A stretch of 62,928 bases of DNA, filler included, from Octopus bimaculoides (lineage: Eukaryota): assembly GCF_001194135.2 (NCBI RefSeq). It is 4 parts of 4 records of this genome, joined end to end, with 100 filler letters (N's around TTAATTAATTAA, not from the genome) between each part and the next. Parts side by side here need not be neighbours in the genome. Positions count along the whole stretch, not along the records: positions 29,366 to 60,941 come from NC_068997.1; 3 more parts are not named here. One strand, 5' to 3'. Both the position numbers and the translations under genes were made by a program. This document shows, piece after piece, positions 38,760 through 51,958 of this stretch (position 1 is the first letter of the stretch; each line of letters opens with the position of its first letter). A model generated the notes under the pieces. It did not search any database and had not been told where the DNA came from. It was given only the letters and a program-made list of their open reading frames with translations.

Positions 38760-39230
38760 GCAGACCCTCGTGTCCATCCACCTCAACCTTACTGACGGAC
38801 AACATGCTATTAGAACCTCCAAACTAGCTACAAATGCTTGGCCTCACATTTTCAACATGGCGGAGACCGCTTTTGTTCAACCTAAACCGTTAAAGAACGA
38901 CAGCTCCCACTTTTGAGAGGATGCTGCTGATATACATAGAGGTATTCTAGAATGTATTTAGAAAAAGCCAACCAGCTGATTTGCATGGAATCGCTCACCA
39001 ACATACTCCAACCTCCGATCCATAGATGCGATGGTTCCTCTCTCTGCTGCTACTACAGTGGACTCTTCAGAACTGGCAGATCTCGAGACACATGTTTAAT
39101 ATTCCCTTACTCACCAATATACCCGAAACATACCCCTTACCGTAATTCCTCCCCGACCATGATTTTCTATTGCAGTCGCTGACTTCGAGTTATTCAAGTA
39201 TACCAGCTGCATCGATCTTACCAATCCGGG
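38760..39230 (+). mobile_element. Old Jockey/CR1-like LINE 3' fragment
   Basis: LTNILQPPIHRCDGSSLCCYYSGL resembles the LTxxLQPLxHRRxVxSLxxFYRY motif downstream of RT; heavily decayed. Confidence 0.4.
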
Positions 39231-39299
39231 ACGGACTCTGGAAGCCATTAGCGTAATTCTTTTCCTACAGAAGAACTATTAAAAAAGAAAGGAAAGTAA

Positions 39300-40680
39300 T
39301 TGAGTCAATGAGGAGATTACTGAGAGTCGAACCTTTGCATACCCATCTAAGGAAGTTAATCTATCAGCTGACATATCGCCTCATATTTTCTCCATTAGGT
39401 CTTGGAATTCCACTCTGCTGATAATTGAATTTCAAACAGCTCATTGAATGTCACTGACCTTTCGCAGATGTTAACTGCAAGCCACGCGCTTTGTTTTTAG
39501 ATTCTCTTTCTCTCACGATTCCTTTATGTCAATAACTGTCGAATGGCCTTACTTATTGTTTCATATTAGTACAGAAACGAAATCTACAATTCTTCTCTTA
39601 TTCCATAACTGTCACTCATCTCAGTTACCTTACGCATGCTTCTTTTCGTCTTTTCTAACTAGGGTGTTTGCACTTTAACCAAGATCCGCTTTCTCCATCA
39701 TTCTTCTCTTTCAATTGGAAGTCCTTAGCAAAACCCTTGCTACAGCTAAAGGTACTTTTTTTCCACAATCTAAGTTCGTCTGTTGTCACTATAGGATACT
39801 GAATGTCCCAACCACCAGCAGTTATAAGACTACATCTCATCCTGTGTTAAGGACTTTCTATCTCAACTCAGCTGTCTTTTGTTGCTTAGATCCATGTCAG
39901 CTATGATTGAGAAAATTATGATTAAATGTATTTAAAATATGAATATCCTGCCTTTTTCCAGGCGAGTTCATCCAAGACTACACTGTTCTGTTTCGTTTCC
40001 CATTTAAGACAGTAAAGTGTAATTTGAAAGAGATTTGGCAATTGTTTCTTGCAAGTCGAGCCACTGCGGCGTCACCTTTACTGGTTCTCTTGTCATCACC
40101 ATAACTATGTTACTCCTTCAATGTAAAGCTACCGTGTATTTCGTCCTTCCAACTGCACCGTCTTATCTATTCGTTGACCTGTGTCGCAGACCAAAACATC
40201 GTTTCACGAAACACTACCGATATCTGTTTCATCTCTAGTTCAATCAGAGTATGTGCTTCATTAGAGTGATTGATCACTGTTTTTCTCAAACTCGACATTG
40301 TACGTTAAAGTTACACAGTTTCCATGTATATAAACCTTCAAGGCATATCCATCGAGGACATGACAATGAAATTTCCATCTACATCGGCAACAGCTAATCA
40401 TTATACATATCAAAAGAACAATCTCACGATACACTTACCTCAGCTAAAACCCTCAAAATCGCTGCCTGTGCTAGGTTCTACAATCTCGGAACATCTCACC
40501 TGATTATACATTTATAAAATTTAACCAGCAACCTGTCTACGAAGCGATGCATCCGATTCTTTTACTGTTAGTCCTTCTGCATCTCGTCAACCAATACTTC
40601 GTCTAAACCTTTCTCGCCAGAAATTCATTCACAACTTTCTCCGGATCTCGTTTACGTTATGACAGATACTTCTCGCAGCT
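39300..40680 (-). mobile_element. Possible very old LINE (endonuclease/linker region)
   Basis: Non-repetitive, moderately GC-rich interval with only faint motif remnants. Confidence 0.25.
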
Positions 40681-40744
40681 CCTTTGTATACATGCATTTT
40701 TATGTGTGCCTATGTCTATGTCCATATGTGTGTTTATGTTTGTT

Positions 40745-40925
40745 TCGTTCTAAAAACCGCTGTCAATATTGTTATGTCCTGTTATATTCCGTAATTTACT
40801 GTTTCGTCAAATATAAAATAATCACCAGGGTGAGATAAATATTTATGGTGATATGATCGACTAATGGCAATGCTCCAGCACAGCTACTGTCCAAGGACTC
40901 GACCAAGAAAAGACTAAATGAAATA
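40745..40925 (+). mobile_element. 3' half of a SINE family B copy
   Basis: tcgactaatggcaatgctccagcacagc...gtccaaggactcgaccaagaaaag resembles the family B tail. Confidence 0.6.
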
Positions 40926-40980
40926 AAAATATGTAGAGGACAGTGTGGCATGTACAGTGATTGGATGGCACTATCTTTTA

Positions 40981-41296
40981 TTTTTTATTTGTTTCAACCA
41001 TTGGACTGCAGCCATGCTGGGGCACCGCCCTGAAGGGCTTGGCCGAACAAATCAGCTCCAGTAATTTTTTTTTTTTAATTACACTTTTGTCGAATATGCT
41101 AAGCGACGAGAGAGCACAAAGTCACATACACACACACACGCGCACACACACACGATGGGCTCCCACAGTTTCTGTCAACGAAATTCACTCCAAAGGAATT
41201 GGTCGGCATGCAGCTATAGAAGGCACTTGTCCAATGTGCCGCGAAGTGATACTGAACCAGAAACCACTTAGTTCCAAGGCATGTCATGCCTGCGCC
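40981..41296 (-). mobile_element. SINE family B, near full length
   Basis: Reverse complement: ggcgcaggcatg...ggttcagtatcac..ggcacattggacaagtgccttctatagc...(gt)n...ggcggtgccccagcatggctgcagtccaatggttgaaacaaataaaa. Confidence 0.85.
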
Positions 41297-41864
41297 TTCG
41301 CTTGTATAGATAGATAGGCTAAAAAGTAAAGGGAATCTTTCTTTAAATGTGTAGAAATCATGGCAATGATTTCAGTTTGTTCATTCGTTCAGGTGATACA
41401 TCAGAGTCATTGGCTACAATATTGAACACGCCCAGATTCACTTCAACGCCCCACATACCCATGGAAAAGATAACCAAGATAAATGGGCCCCCAATGATAC
41501 CCCTTAAATGTGCAGTGATTTTACAGCCAAGTGGTATTGAATTCGAATCTTCCACGAGTTACATGCAGTTTTCTGTTAAGGACTCTTTACCACCATATTA
41601 ATAAAAGGATCTTACCCACATCATCCATTCAAGTGGTCTCCACCACAACAACCACCACCAACACCTTCATCATCATCACTAACATGCTACCAGGCCCCAA
41701 CTTCACTCCACTACCACTACTACCACCTTCCCTGCCTCCTACTCCAGCAATCCTTCCAGCCATCTCGTTTCTGTCTCCCCATTTCGCCAATATATGTATG
41801 CATTTACTCATCTAAATGTGTTCGTTTGTGTCAATATATTTGAGTGTGCATGTTTCATGATTGA

Positions 41865-41919
<55 letters not shown>

Positions 41920-42068
41920 TGCTTGTGTGTATATGGTTGAGTATGGTATATGGGTTACATAAGCGTACTTATACATTCACTTATATGTTTGCGTCTTTGA
42001 GTGTATATATTTGACTATGTGCATATGTGATGCGTGAGTACATATGTATATATGTATATATTTGTATG

Positions 42069-42131
<63 letters not shown>

Positions 42132-42235
42132 ATAAATATATATAGAGAGAGAAGTGTACATATATACATATAGAATATATGTATACACACATACATACCT
42201 ATATATGCATATATATGTGTGTATATATATACATA

Positions 42236-42281
<46 letters not shown>

Positions 42282-42391
42282 CATTTTATCTATATATCTG
42301 TGTATGTATAAATATGTACGTACATATAAGATATACATTCATACAATATATATATGCATATTTGTGTGTATACATTTGAGTTATGTTTCGA

Positions 42392-42438
<47 letters not shown>

Positions 42439-42457
42439 NNNNNNNNNNNNNNNNNNN

Positions 42458-42521
<64 letters not shown>

Positions 42522-42730
42522 GCTATAAATGTACATGAGTAGGTGTTTGCCTGTGCATACTTGTGTATGTGTGTATGTGTTCCTTCTCGTGGCACAGTGG
42601 CTGCTCTCCTCATCCTACACCCCACCTCTCTACGCAACCTCCTCCAATCACCTATCAACATTCCTCAATTATCCGTAATTCTCTATTAACGATCATCCTC
42701 ATCCCACGTTCTACACACCTCTACCCTGCT

Positions 42731-42780
<50 letters not shown>

Positions 42781-42953
42781 NNNNNNNNNNNNNNNNNNNN
42801 NNNNNNNNNNNNNNNNNNNNNNNNNNNNNNNNNNNNNNNNNNNNNNNNNNNNNNNNNNNNNNNNNNNNNNNNNNNNNNNNNNNNNNNNNNNNNNNNNNNN
42901 NNNNNNNNNNNNNNNNNNNNNNNNNNNNNNNNNNNNNNNNNNNNNNNNNNNNN

Positions 42954-43019
<66 letters not shown>

Positions 43020-43181
43020 ACACACACACACGTAGAAAGAGCGAGATATACTCACATTTAGTCAATTAAGTAACACTGAGAATGGAACGTACCCATACAT
43101 ACACAGACAGTCTGACATTCACAGGTACATATACATACATATAAACAGTATATACTCTCATAGATCTAGTCCACTCACATA

Positions 43182-43218
<37 letters not shown>

Positions 43219-43289
43219 ATGGGTGTACTGACACAAAGACGTACACAAAACTAGACAGGCATAACTACACACATACAAAACCAAAGCCA

Positions 43290-46260
43290 GTCTCACCACC
43301 GCCGCTGCGATCCCCTACCGTCGCCATCGCTATGCCATTTTCTGTTAAAAATGGTCTCATCTCGTTACCAAACCCCACCCTCCTCCTTCTGTCCCTCCCC
43401 TTCACCTCTGTCTCCACTTCCTTTCCACACCGCCGCGTTGACTACCACCACCACCACTACTACCACTGTTGCAGCCATGCCACCACCATACTAGCACCTA
43501 AACTGCCAACACCTCACTGTTATGTAACGAACCACCTTCATCCCCCACCACTATCACCATCACCACGCAGCAAAACAACATCAACAACAACAATCTCCTC
43601 TCCTCCTCCTCCTCCTCCCACCCCGCCTCACATACACCTGATGCTGCTACCCAATCCTGTTTCCGCGCTTGTCTACCAGACACAGACACTACCTCCACTA
43701 CCACCCACGCCACCACTCCTACGACTGCCACCACTACCACTACTACAACTACCATACCAGACGCCATACTATATACATAACCGTTATACATCATTACCAC
43801 CACCACCACCACCACCATCACCACCATCACCACCACCACCACCACAACACACTGCCATACACCACACTACCATCACCATCACATACCATATAACAACACT
43901 TTCACCACCACTATCACCACCACCGCCACAACACACTGCCATACACACAGACACTTTCGTCATACATCATTCCTACCACCACCAGCGCCGCCGCCATTTT
44001 ACTCACCATACCACAACACTTCTATCACCGCCACTACCGCCAAAACACCCGCATCATACAGACATTACCTCCTACTACACCACCTCCACCACCAACCACC
44101 ACTACCGCTATTACCAATGGAGGGATCTNNNNNNNNNNNNNNNNNNNNNNNNNNNNNNNNNNNNNNNNNNNNNNNNNNNNNNNNNNNNNNNNNNNNNNNN
44201 NNNNNNNNNNNNNNNNNNNNNNNNNNNNNNNNNNNNNNNNNNNNNNNNNNNNNNNNNNNNNNNNNNNNNNNNNNNNNNNNNNNNNNNNNNNNNNNNNNNN
44301 NNNNNNNNNNNNNNNNNNNNNNNNNNNNNNNNNNNNNNNNNNNNNNNNNNNNNNNNNNNNNNNNNNNNNNNNNNNNNNNNNNNNNNNNNNNNNNNNNNNN
44401 NNNNNNNNNNNNNNNNNNNNNNNNNNNNNNNNNNNNNNNNNNNNNNNNNNNNNNNNNNNNNNNNNNNNNNNNNNNNNNNNNNNNNNNNNNNNNNNNNNNN
44501 NNNNNNNNNNNNNNNNNNNNNNNNNNNNNNNNNNNNNNNNNNNNNNNNNNNNNNNNNNNNNNNNNNNNNNNNNNNNNNNNNNNNNNNNNNNNNNNNNNNN
44601 NNNGAAGGATGAAAGGCAAAGTTGACCTCGGCGAAATTCGAACTCAGAATGTAAACACCGGACGAAATGCCGCTAAGCATTTTGTCCGGCGTGCTAACGA
44701 TTCTGCCAGCTCGCAGCCTCACATCATACTCTAATATTAAAAACAAAAAGAAAAGAAAAAGGAAGGACACACTGGATAATGTAGTACTTCCTGGATACAC
44801 CAAAAAGGCGAGATTGCCACATCCGGATTACTCCATCGAAGTTGTCCTGGGGCTAAAGAACAACAACAAAATACCCATCTTTACCACTAACAACTATAAC
44901 ACACCACCACCACTACTACCACTACTACTACCGCTGCATCGCCATCTTACAACATTAATGTTACCGCATCCACGTCACCACTACCGCCGCAACACAACAC
45001 CCTAAACTATCACCAACACTGCATCAACCAAAAAGAAAAAGAAAACCACGACCAGCACAACCATTGCCTCCCCTCCCAACGCCATTACGGCAACACAGTA
45101 TCACCACCACAACGCCACCACCAACACCATCTCACCAATTCTACCACCACGTCACACATGCCATTACTATCATCATCAGCAGCAGCATCACCATCACCAC
45201 GACAAAATATCAAAACTATTATGATTACCACTACCTAACCACTAACACACACACACACACTACAACGACTACAACACTGCTACTACCACCGAACATCGTT
45301 AGCCACCACCGCTACCACCGCACAGACACAGCCTCATCACTACATCACCACCACCCCNNNNNNNNNNNNNNNNNNNNNNNNNNNNNNNNNNNNNNNNNNN
45401 NNNNNNNNNNNNNNNNNNNNNNNNNNNNNNNNNNNNNNNNNNNNNNNNNNNNNNNNNNNNNNNNNNNNNNNNNNNNNNNNNNNNNNNNNNNNNNNNNNNN
45501 NNNNNNNNNNNNNNNNNNNNNNNNNNNNNNNNNNNNNNNNNNNNNNNNNNNNNNNNNNNNNNNNNNNNNNNNNNNNNNNNNNNNNNNNNNNNNNNNNNNN
45601 NNNNNNNNNNNNNNNNNNNNNNNNNNNNNNNNNNNNNNNNNNNNNNNNNNNNNNNNNNNNNNNNNNNNNNNNNNNNNNNNNNNNNNNNNNNNNNNNNNNN
45701 NNNNNNNNNNNNNNNNNNNNNNNNNNNNNNNNNNNNNNNNNNNNNNNNNNNNNNNNNNNNNNNNNNNNNNNNNNNNNNNNNNNNNNNNNNNNNNNNNNNN
45801 NNNNNNNNNNNNNNNNNNNNNNNNNNNNNNNNNNNNNNNNNNNNNNNNNNNNNNNNNNNNNNNNNNNNNNNNNNNNNNNNNNNNNNNNNNNNNNNNNNNG
45901 TGGTGGTGGTGGTGGTGGTGGTGGTGGTGATGGCGGCGGCAAAAACGGTGGTGATAGTGATGGTGGTAGATGGTGGAGCTGCGCTGCTGCATTTGGTGCT
46001 GGCTTTGTGGTAGTAGTGGTGATGATGGTTATGGAAGTGGTAGCGGCAGCGGTGGCGGCGGCGGCGGCGGCGGCGGTGGTGGTATGGGAGTGAGGAGGGG
46101 GGAAGACGGTAGTGAAGATGGTGATGTTGGTGGTAGTTGTAGTGGTAGTGATGACGATGATACAGATGCTGATGGATGGTGCTGATAGCATTGCTGTGTT
46201 GTTAGTGGTGCATTGTGGCACTGGGGCCGCAGATGGTTGCGGTGGTAGATGCATAAATAT
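43290..46260. repeat. (CAC/TAC)-rich low-complexity region that switches to (GGT)-rich after the 45358-45899 gap
   Basis: Direct reading; the Pro/His/Thr-rich ORFs here derive from this composition. Confidence 0.9.
44604..44716 (-). mobile_element. SINE family A 5' part, truncated by a gap
   Basis: gaaggatgaaaggcaaagttgacctcggcgaaattcgaactcagaa...ggcgtgctaacgattctgccagctcgc. Confidence 0.9.
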
Positions 46261-46311
46261 GTATTGGTGCCACTACATTCATCTATGTGTAATGCTGCTT
46301 GTTATCTATGC

Positions 46312-46355
<44 letters not shown>

Positions 46356-47989
46356 GTGTGTGTGTGTGTGTGTGTGTATGTATATATACATACATACATA
46401 CATACATACATACATACATACATACTTACATATATTCATACATACATAATGTTCTTAGATGGGTTGGTGGGTGTGTGACTGTTATCTCATCCTTACTCAA
46501 ATGCCAATTCAGATAAGTTAAAAAATGATTTACATAACGATGAATGCAAAAAAAAATCAAAGAAAAAAGAAAATCTTTATCAATTAAAATATCCCGGTTC
46601 GTTGCTGGAAATACAACAAAGACGTAGCGGCTAATGTGAGCGACATCCACTGAGAAGGGAGATAATTACAAAAGATTAAAAACGTTAACTTCTCAAATAT
46701 AATTACAAACTTAATGTAAGGAAGGTTTGGTCGTTTCTTAGGACTATCTCAAAACATACTTTAATAAGTTAGGCCCTACTGAATCGAATCTATACCATTT
46801 GACTTATTTTCCCTAGATCTTTGAATGTTATTTTAATCGGGCTTACCATTCTGGTTAAAAATAATTTGTTACTCTTTGACTATATGCCAAATCGTTTGTC
46901 ATCAAGTAGGCTTAGGTAGTTATCCATGGGCTAGTGGCGTGTTTACACACGTATTATCAATAAGGAGAGTTTCTTCTCTCGAGACCATTTGGGCAGCGAA
47001 TTATCTTTCAATATACCCGAACGTGCTAAATATAATCGTACATAAATATATCTCATTCAACGCTCTTTTTTTGTATGCCCCTAATTAATTTATTCCAGCT
47101 TGACAAATATTTTCGCACATCAGCAAATGTATCATAAGAGCAATTGGTTCTTAATCACCATAAACGATGGTTCGAAACACGTGGATGATGAAATACCAAA
47201 CATGTCTATTTTCCACTCGGGACATTCCTGTTAACTAATATCTTCGATTGAGGATATTCCATATTTCTATATTTTCTTATTTCTCTCTCTCCGATGATGG
47301 AACACTTAACCGTCGTAGAATTCGTCACTCAATAACATATGATCCACCTGTTTAGCTTTTCTAGAAACAGCTGTAAAAGACTTTACGTATCATTACAACT
47401 ACTCTGAACTATGTTTATATTTATAAATTAAATGTTCTAGAATAATGCCAAATGTTTTGCATGTTTGTTGTCTGTTTTAATGTAAACACACAAACATACA
47501 TACATACATACATACACGGGGGCGCGCACACACACGCACAAAGAGATATATGAGGAGTATTTTTACAATTCTTACCACTCCCATGGTTTCAGTACCTTGC
47601 TTACAGATTCTTTACTGTCTCCTCTGCCCTCCTGCGTGTGTCGTATTCGTCTTTTATTTGCTCTTTTCATGTTCCTGTTCTACCTGGTCATTTTGCATTT
47701 TTACTTCAGCTAATTCATTTGACATCGCCTCCACTACTTCTCTGACCTTGCTCTTAATACGAACTTTCGCTCTCCCTTTGCTTCTCCCCACATCGCTCCT
47801 CCCTTGCACTACCCTTACATTACCTTTTCAAGTCTAAGTCTTTCTTTTAAATTCACTTGTCTTTGACTCCAGTAACGCAACCGCTTTAGAGCGACCAGTA
47901 ACCGAATATGGAATTTTTCACTCTTCACAGCAAATTATTTCACTGTAAGTGATTTTCTCAGAGAAAAAAGGTTGTGATATCAATCCATC

Positions 47990-49070
47990 CCGAGTTACAA
48001 GTATTCAAGAAAATTTGGCGGTTCAGGAGAAGGATTCAGCAAAAGAGTGCCTCGAGTTTAGAGAAATTACAGGCTGCAACGAGACCAATAGAAAGAGACT
48101 AGACTCAGTGAAATGGTGGCCAAACACGAAATGGAAAACAAAGATAGACAAGATAATACAGGAAGTGAGGGGGAAGGGGATGCCAAGGGAATCAAAAAGG
48201 TCGCACGAGCTAATCCTGTCTCTACTCATCAAACACGAACTTCTGGATTCTACCTTCTTTCATTCTGGATTTATTCATTCTGGACTGTTTTTATTCTGAA
48301 CTCTACACTCTCCGGCTGCACCTCTCCTACCCACGGATTACACTGGACCTATCTACTGATTTGGAATCAAGAAGGTAGTCTAGTAGAGCCAATAAGGAAC
48401 GATGGATGACGTGGAGGAGTCCATTCCTAAAAAGTCTTAGCTGGAACGACATAAGACATGTGGCTCCTTTTAAGATCAGCTTCGTCCACATTTCTGTGTA
48501 TAACCTCTTGCTCTCAACTACCGACCTGAATAAGACGTGGGTAGGGGGCTAGATAAACCTGTAAGCCCAATCTGACAAGGCAAACAAACAATGTAGCATG
48601 TCCTAAATCCATTGTAGGTTACACTAGTCCAAGAGAGGTAAATATGAAGGCACAATGAAATACTTAAATAGACCGTACATGCGATTTGACATGAGAAGCT
48701 CCACCAGTGTTTTACTTGGCAGTTGTTAAAAATCATTTGTGTCCTGGAACTGTTCCACCAATAAATTATGGAAGCAATGTGACAAATAGCTGGGATTGGT
48801 ATGAGATATTGTACTCACCTCACTTTCAACAAAACAAATGATTCTGATTGAACTCACTGTGCCGAATAAAGGTTGAATGAAGGAAGCCACCACCTACAAG
48901 ACTAAGAAGTATGCCAGTTTAGACGTCAACGTGAAAAAACATGGTTTCCAAACCAAAGTCCTCACCACATATGTAAGACTTGAGTGGTTCGTAAGTAAAT
49001 CTATCTATGATCTTATGAAATAAACGGATCAGCAGCCTGGATCTGGTCATGGATGAGCGAAAATTCATTT
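47990..49070 (+). mobile_element. Decayed HERO/NeSL-like non-LTR retrotransposon (C-terminal, CCHC and REL regions)
   Basis: AKECLEFREITG..IIQEVR; ERWMTW..KSLSWNDI; KISFVHISVYNLL; GKQTM*HVLN..QER*I*RHNEIL (cf. QGRYTWRHNxVL); *DIVLTSLSTKQMILIELTVP..KKYASL (cf. RPDIVLWS..LIELTVPWE). Confidence 0.8.
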
Positions 49071-50409
49071 CAGAATCCGTAATGTACTCTATGTACAACT
49101 GGTGTTTCAGACTGAAGTAGTTACAACATCGAATGTACCTTGACTTTTGAGCAGCTGACAACCCAGCAAGGTGCAGGTCAAATCAGAAACACTAGCACAA
49201 AATGCAGCAGAAAAGAGGTATCCAGGTGTCATGACCAAAATGCAGCCTGAACCCCATTACAGAGTAAGAAGTTAAGGGCCGAAATACTTGCATAAAGGAG
49301 ACTTGGTTTTGTTCAACTCGACCTGAAGTTTCTCACAATCTATCTTCAAAGGTTTATGGATAGTTGTTTGTGACGCACATCAATACCAATTTCCTATATA
49401 CATTTATATACATTTGAAGAAAAGCAACAAAAATGCATTAGGTTATAGCAGTACGTATGTTTCGTACAAACTTCATTTATTTATGTAGTGAGAACACCAC
49501 ATAAGATGTGCAATGAAAATGTACTCCTCAGCTGCATAACGGAAGTTCATTTCAGAAAGTCATTTTGTAGATGTGTGCAAATACAAGAGTAAGAGATGAA
49601 GAAAATTACCATCTTGACTGGGCTGTTAATCAACAGTCTAGTGAATCAAACAAGAATTTAATTTCTATATAATCTAATTGGAGGGGTAAGATAGTAGTAA
49701 TTTCAATTTAGAGGAAGATAGATTAAGTAGTAATGGACAGCAGGTTAGGGGTAAATCAAGCGATAGAAAAAAGAAATAAGAAAAAAGGAAAATATATATA
49801 TAGAATGAAACTGGAAGGACAATACCCTAAGGAGTGGCTAGAGGAAATTTAAGGTAAGGGAATTTAGGTCAAGATATTGGAGAATTGTTAAGAATTTATC
49901 TATTCCTTAGTATATTTAGAATAATACAACATAACACTAAAGTACTAAATTTAAAACCATAGGGAACATTAATAGTTAAAGTAGAACATGACAAACATTT
50001 ATAGTTATAATAAGATATACATTAATGTGGGGTAGTAGAAGAGATATTATTTATAAGAAAAACCATAATAAGAGAAGATATCAATGGCCAAAACAAATCA
50101 AAGTGAAGGGGGTGAAGAAGGAGAAGGAAAAAAGGGGGGAGGAATAAAGTTAGAAAATCAGGACTAAACTAAGAGTATTAAAGCTATGGTTTCAGAATAT
50201 GGTAGAAGAGACTTAGAATTAGCTAGAGAAATGTAGGAATATTATCAGTGGGTTGTAAAAGGTTAAGATGTATTCCAAAATGTTTATACTTTAAAGCTAT
50301 AACTTAAATAAAGTAGTTAATAGTCTGAGAAACGAAAGGAATTAAAATAATATATTATGTGTGAGAGTAACAATGTACNNNNNNNNNNGAAAGGAATTAA
50401 AATAATATA

Positions 50410-50700
50410 TTATGTGTGAGAGTAACAATGTACACATAGAACCCTAAGGTCAGATCTATTGTTAATTAGATTAGGATTAACTTTAAGTTTTAAAATTTCA
50501 TAAATTTCCATAGAGCACAGTCCACAACCGTATCTACTATTTCTATAGGGTTGTGCTCTCCTGATGATTTCCCATTTAAGATTAAAATCGATACCATTTT
50601 CCTTCAATTCCCAAATTTTATTAGATAATGATGTGCTATTAGCCTTATGTTTAAGTTTAAACGAGGAAAAATGATTGTATAATCGGTGTTTAAGATTGGA
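50410..50700 (-). mobile_element. Penelope-like element, GIY-YIG C-terminal fragment
   Basis: LKHRLYNHFSSF..NSTSLSNKIWELKENGIDFNLKWEII..PY..CGLCSME..NLINNRSDL..CVH. The AT/purine-rich 49600-50400 interval may be its 3' UTR. Confidence 0.8.
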
Positions 50701-51475
50701 TTATCAGTTTTGGTGTTGCGTTCTGAAAGTTGAAATGAGACAGACCTCATCTTTCTGATTGAACAATAAGGCTACTAACAGCCATCCATCGGTAAGTTCT
50801 GGAGGGATCCCTCCTATTTTAATTGTGGAGGTCCTTCTTCCAAGGTAAGTCGGAAGCAATATTAGTTCTTCCGATTTTAAAGTTTTCTTTGAGTATTTTT
50901 TTTTTGTGCTTCTTTTTCGGAAGGGAAGCTTACCGCGTTTCTTTTGTAGTTCAATATACACGCACACACATACACACAAACATGCGCATATATGCCCTTA
51001 CACCCTCCCACCCATACTATTCTACATCTATTCACAATCCTCGTGTTCTATTAATATCTAATGCAGTATAGAACACATATTTTATAACAAATTAGTAATG
51101 TTTTACCTAGAGCAATTCCGGAACTAAATCTAGTTTTGAATAACACGTTTTTACCATTAAAAACAGTGAATTGTAAAATTGTAACCAAATAAAAAGAACA
51201 GCAGCGACGACGACTGATGGAACATCTTTAGCTATTTAATGCATCAATAGCACACAAACACATACATACATACATGCATACATTCATACATACATACAGA
51301 AAGACAGACAGACAGATAAACAGACAGACATATACACATATGCGTGCGTATGTGTAAGAGTCTGTGTGTATATATATTAAGTCACACACACACACACATA
51401 TAACTATACATATGTTTGTGCATGTGTGTATGTATATATGCATACTTACATATACACGCACATATACATACGCAG

Positions 51476-51531
<56 letters not shown>

Positions 51532-51917
51532 ACATACATATATATATACATATATATGTATTTATATATAAATTCGCATACATGTATACATATAAATAGA
51601 TAGAAAGAGAGACAAAGACAGAGACAGGCAGACAGACAGACAGGCGGACAAATAGAACAGAAAAGAAAGGACTTGATATTCAAAATTACACATATACTTT
51701 TAAAATTTTACTTAAACTTATGTTTGCATCTAAATGTTTTGGAATGTAAGTATAGGAAACCATAGATATACCTATCTATGTACCTACCTACCTACCTACC
51801 AACCTACCAACCTACCTACCTACCTACCTATCTACCTACCGACATACATGCATGCATATATACATACACATATACATATACATACATGAATGTTTACATG
51901 CATACGTATATACATAC

Positions 51918-51958
<41 letters not shown>

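Noticed and set aside
41347-41601. Overlapping open frames on both strands (84 aa and 65 aa)
   Set aside because: No recognisable domain; lengths are within chance expectation.
50334-50433. 45-bp direct repeat around a 10-N gap
   Set aside because: Unmerged contig overlap.
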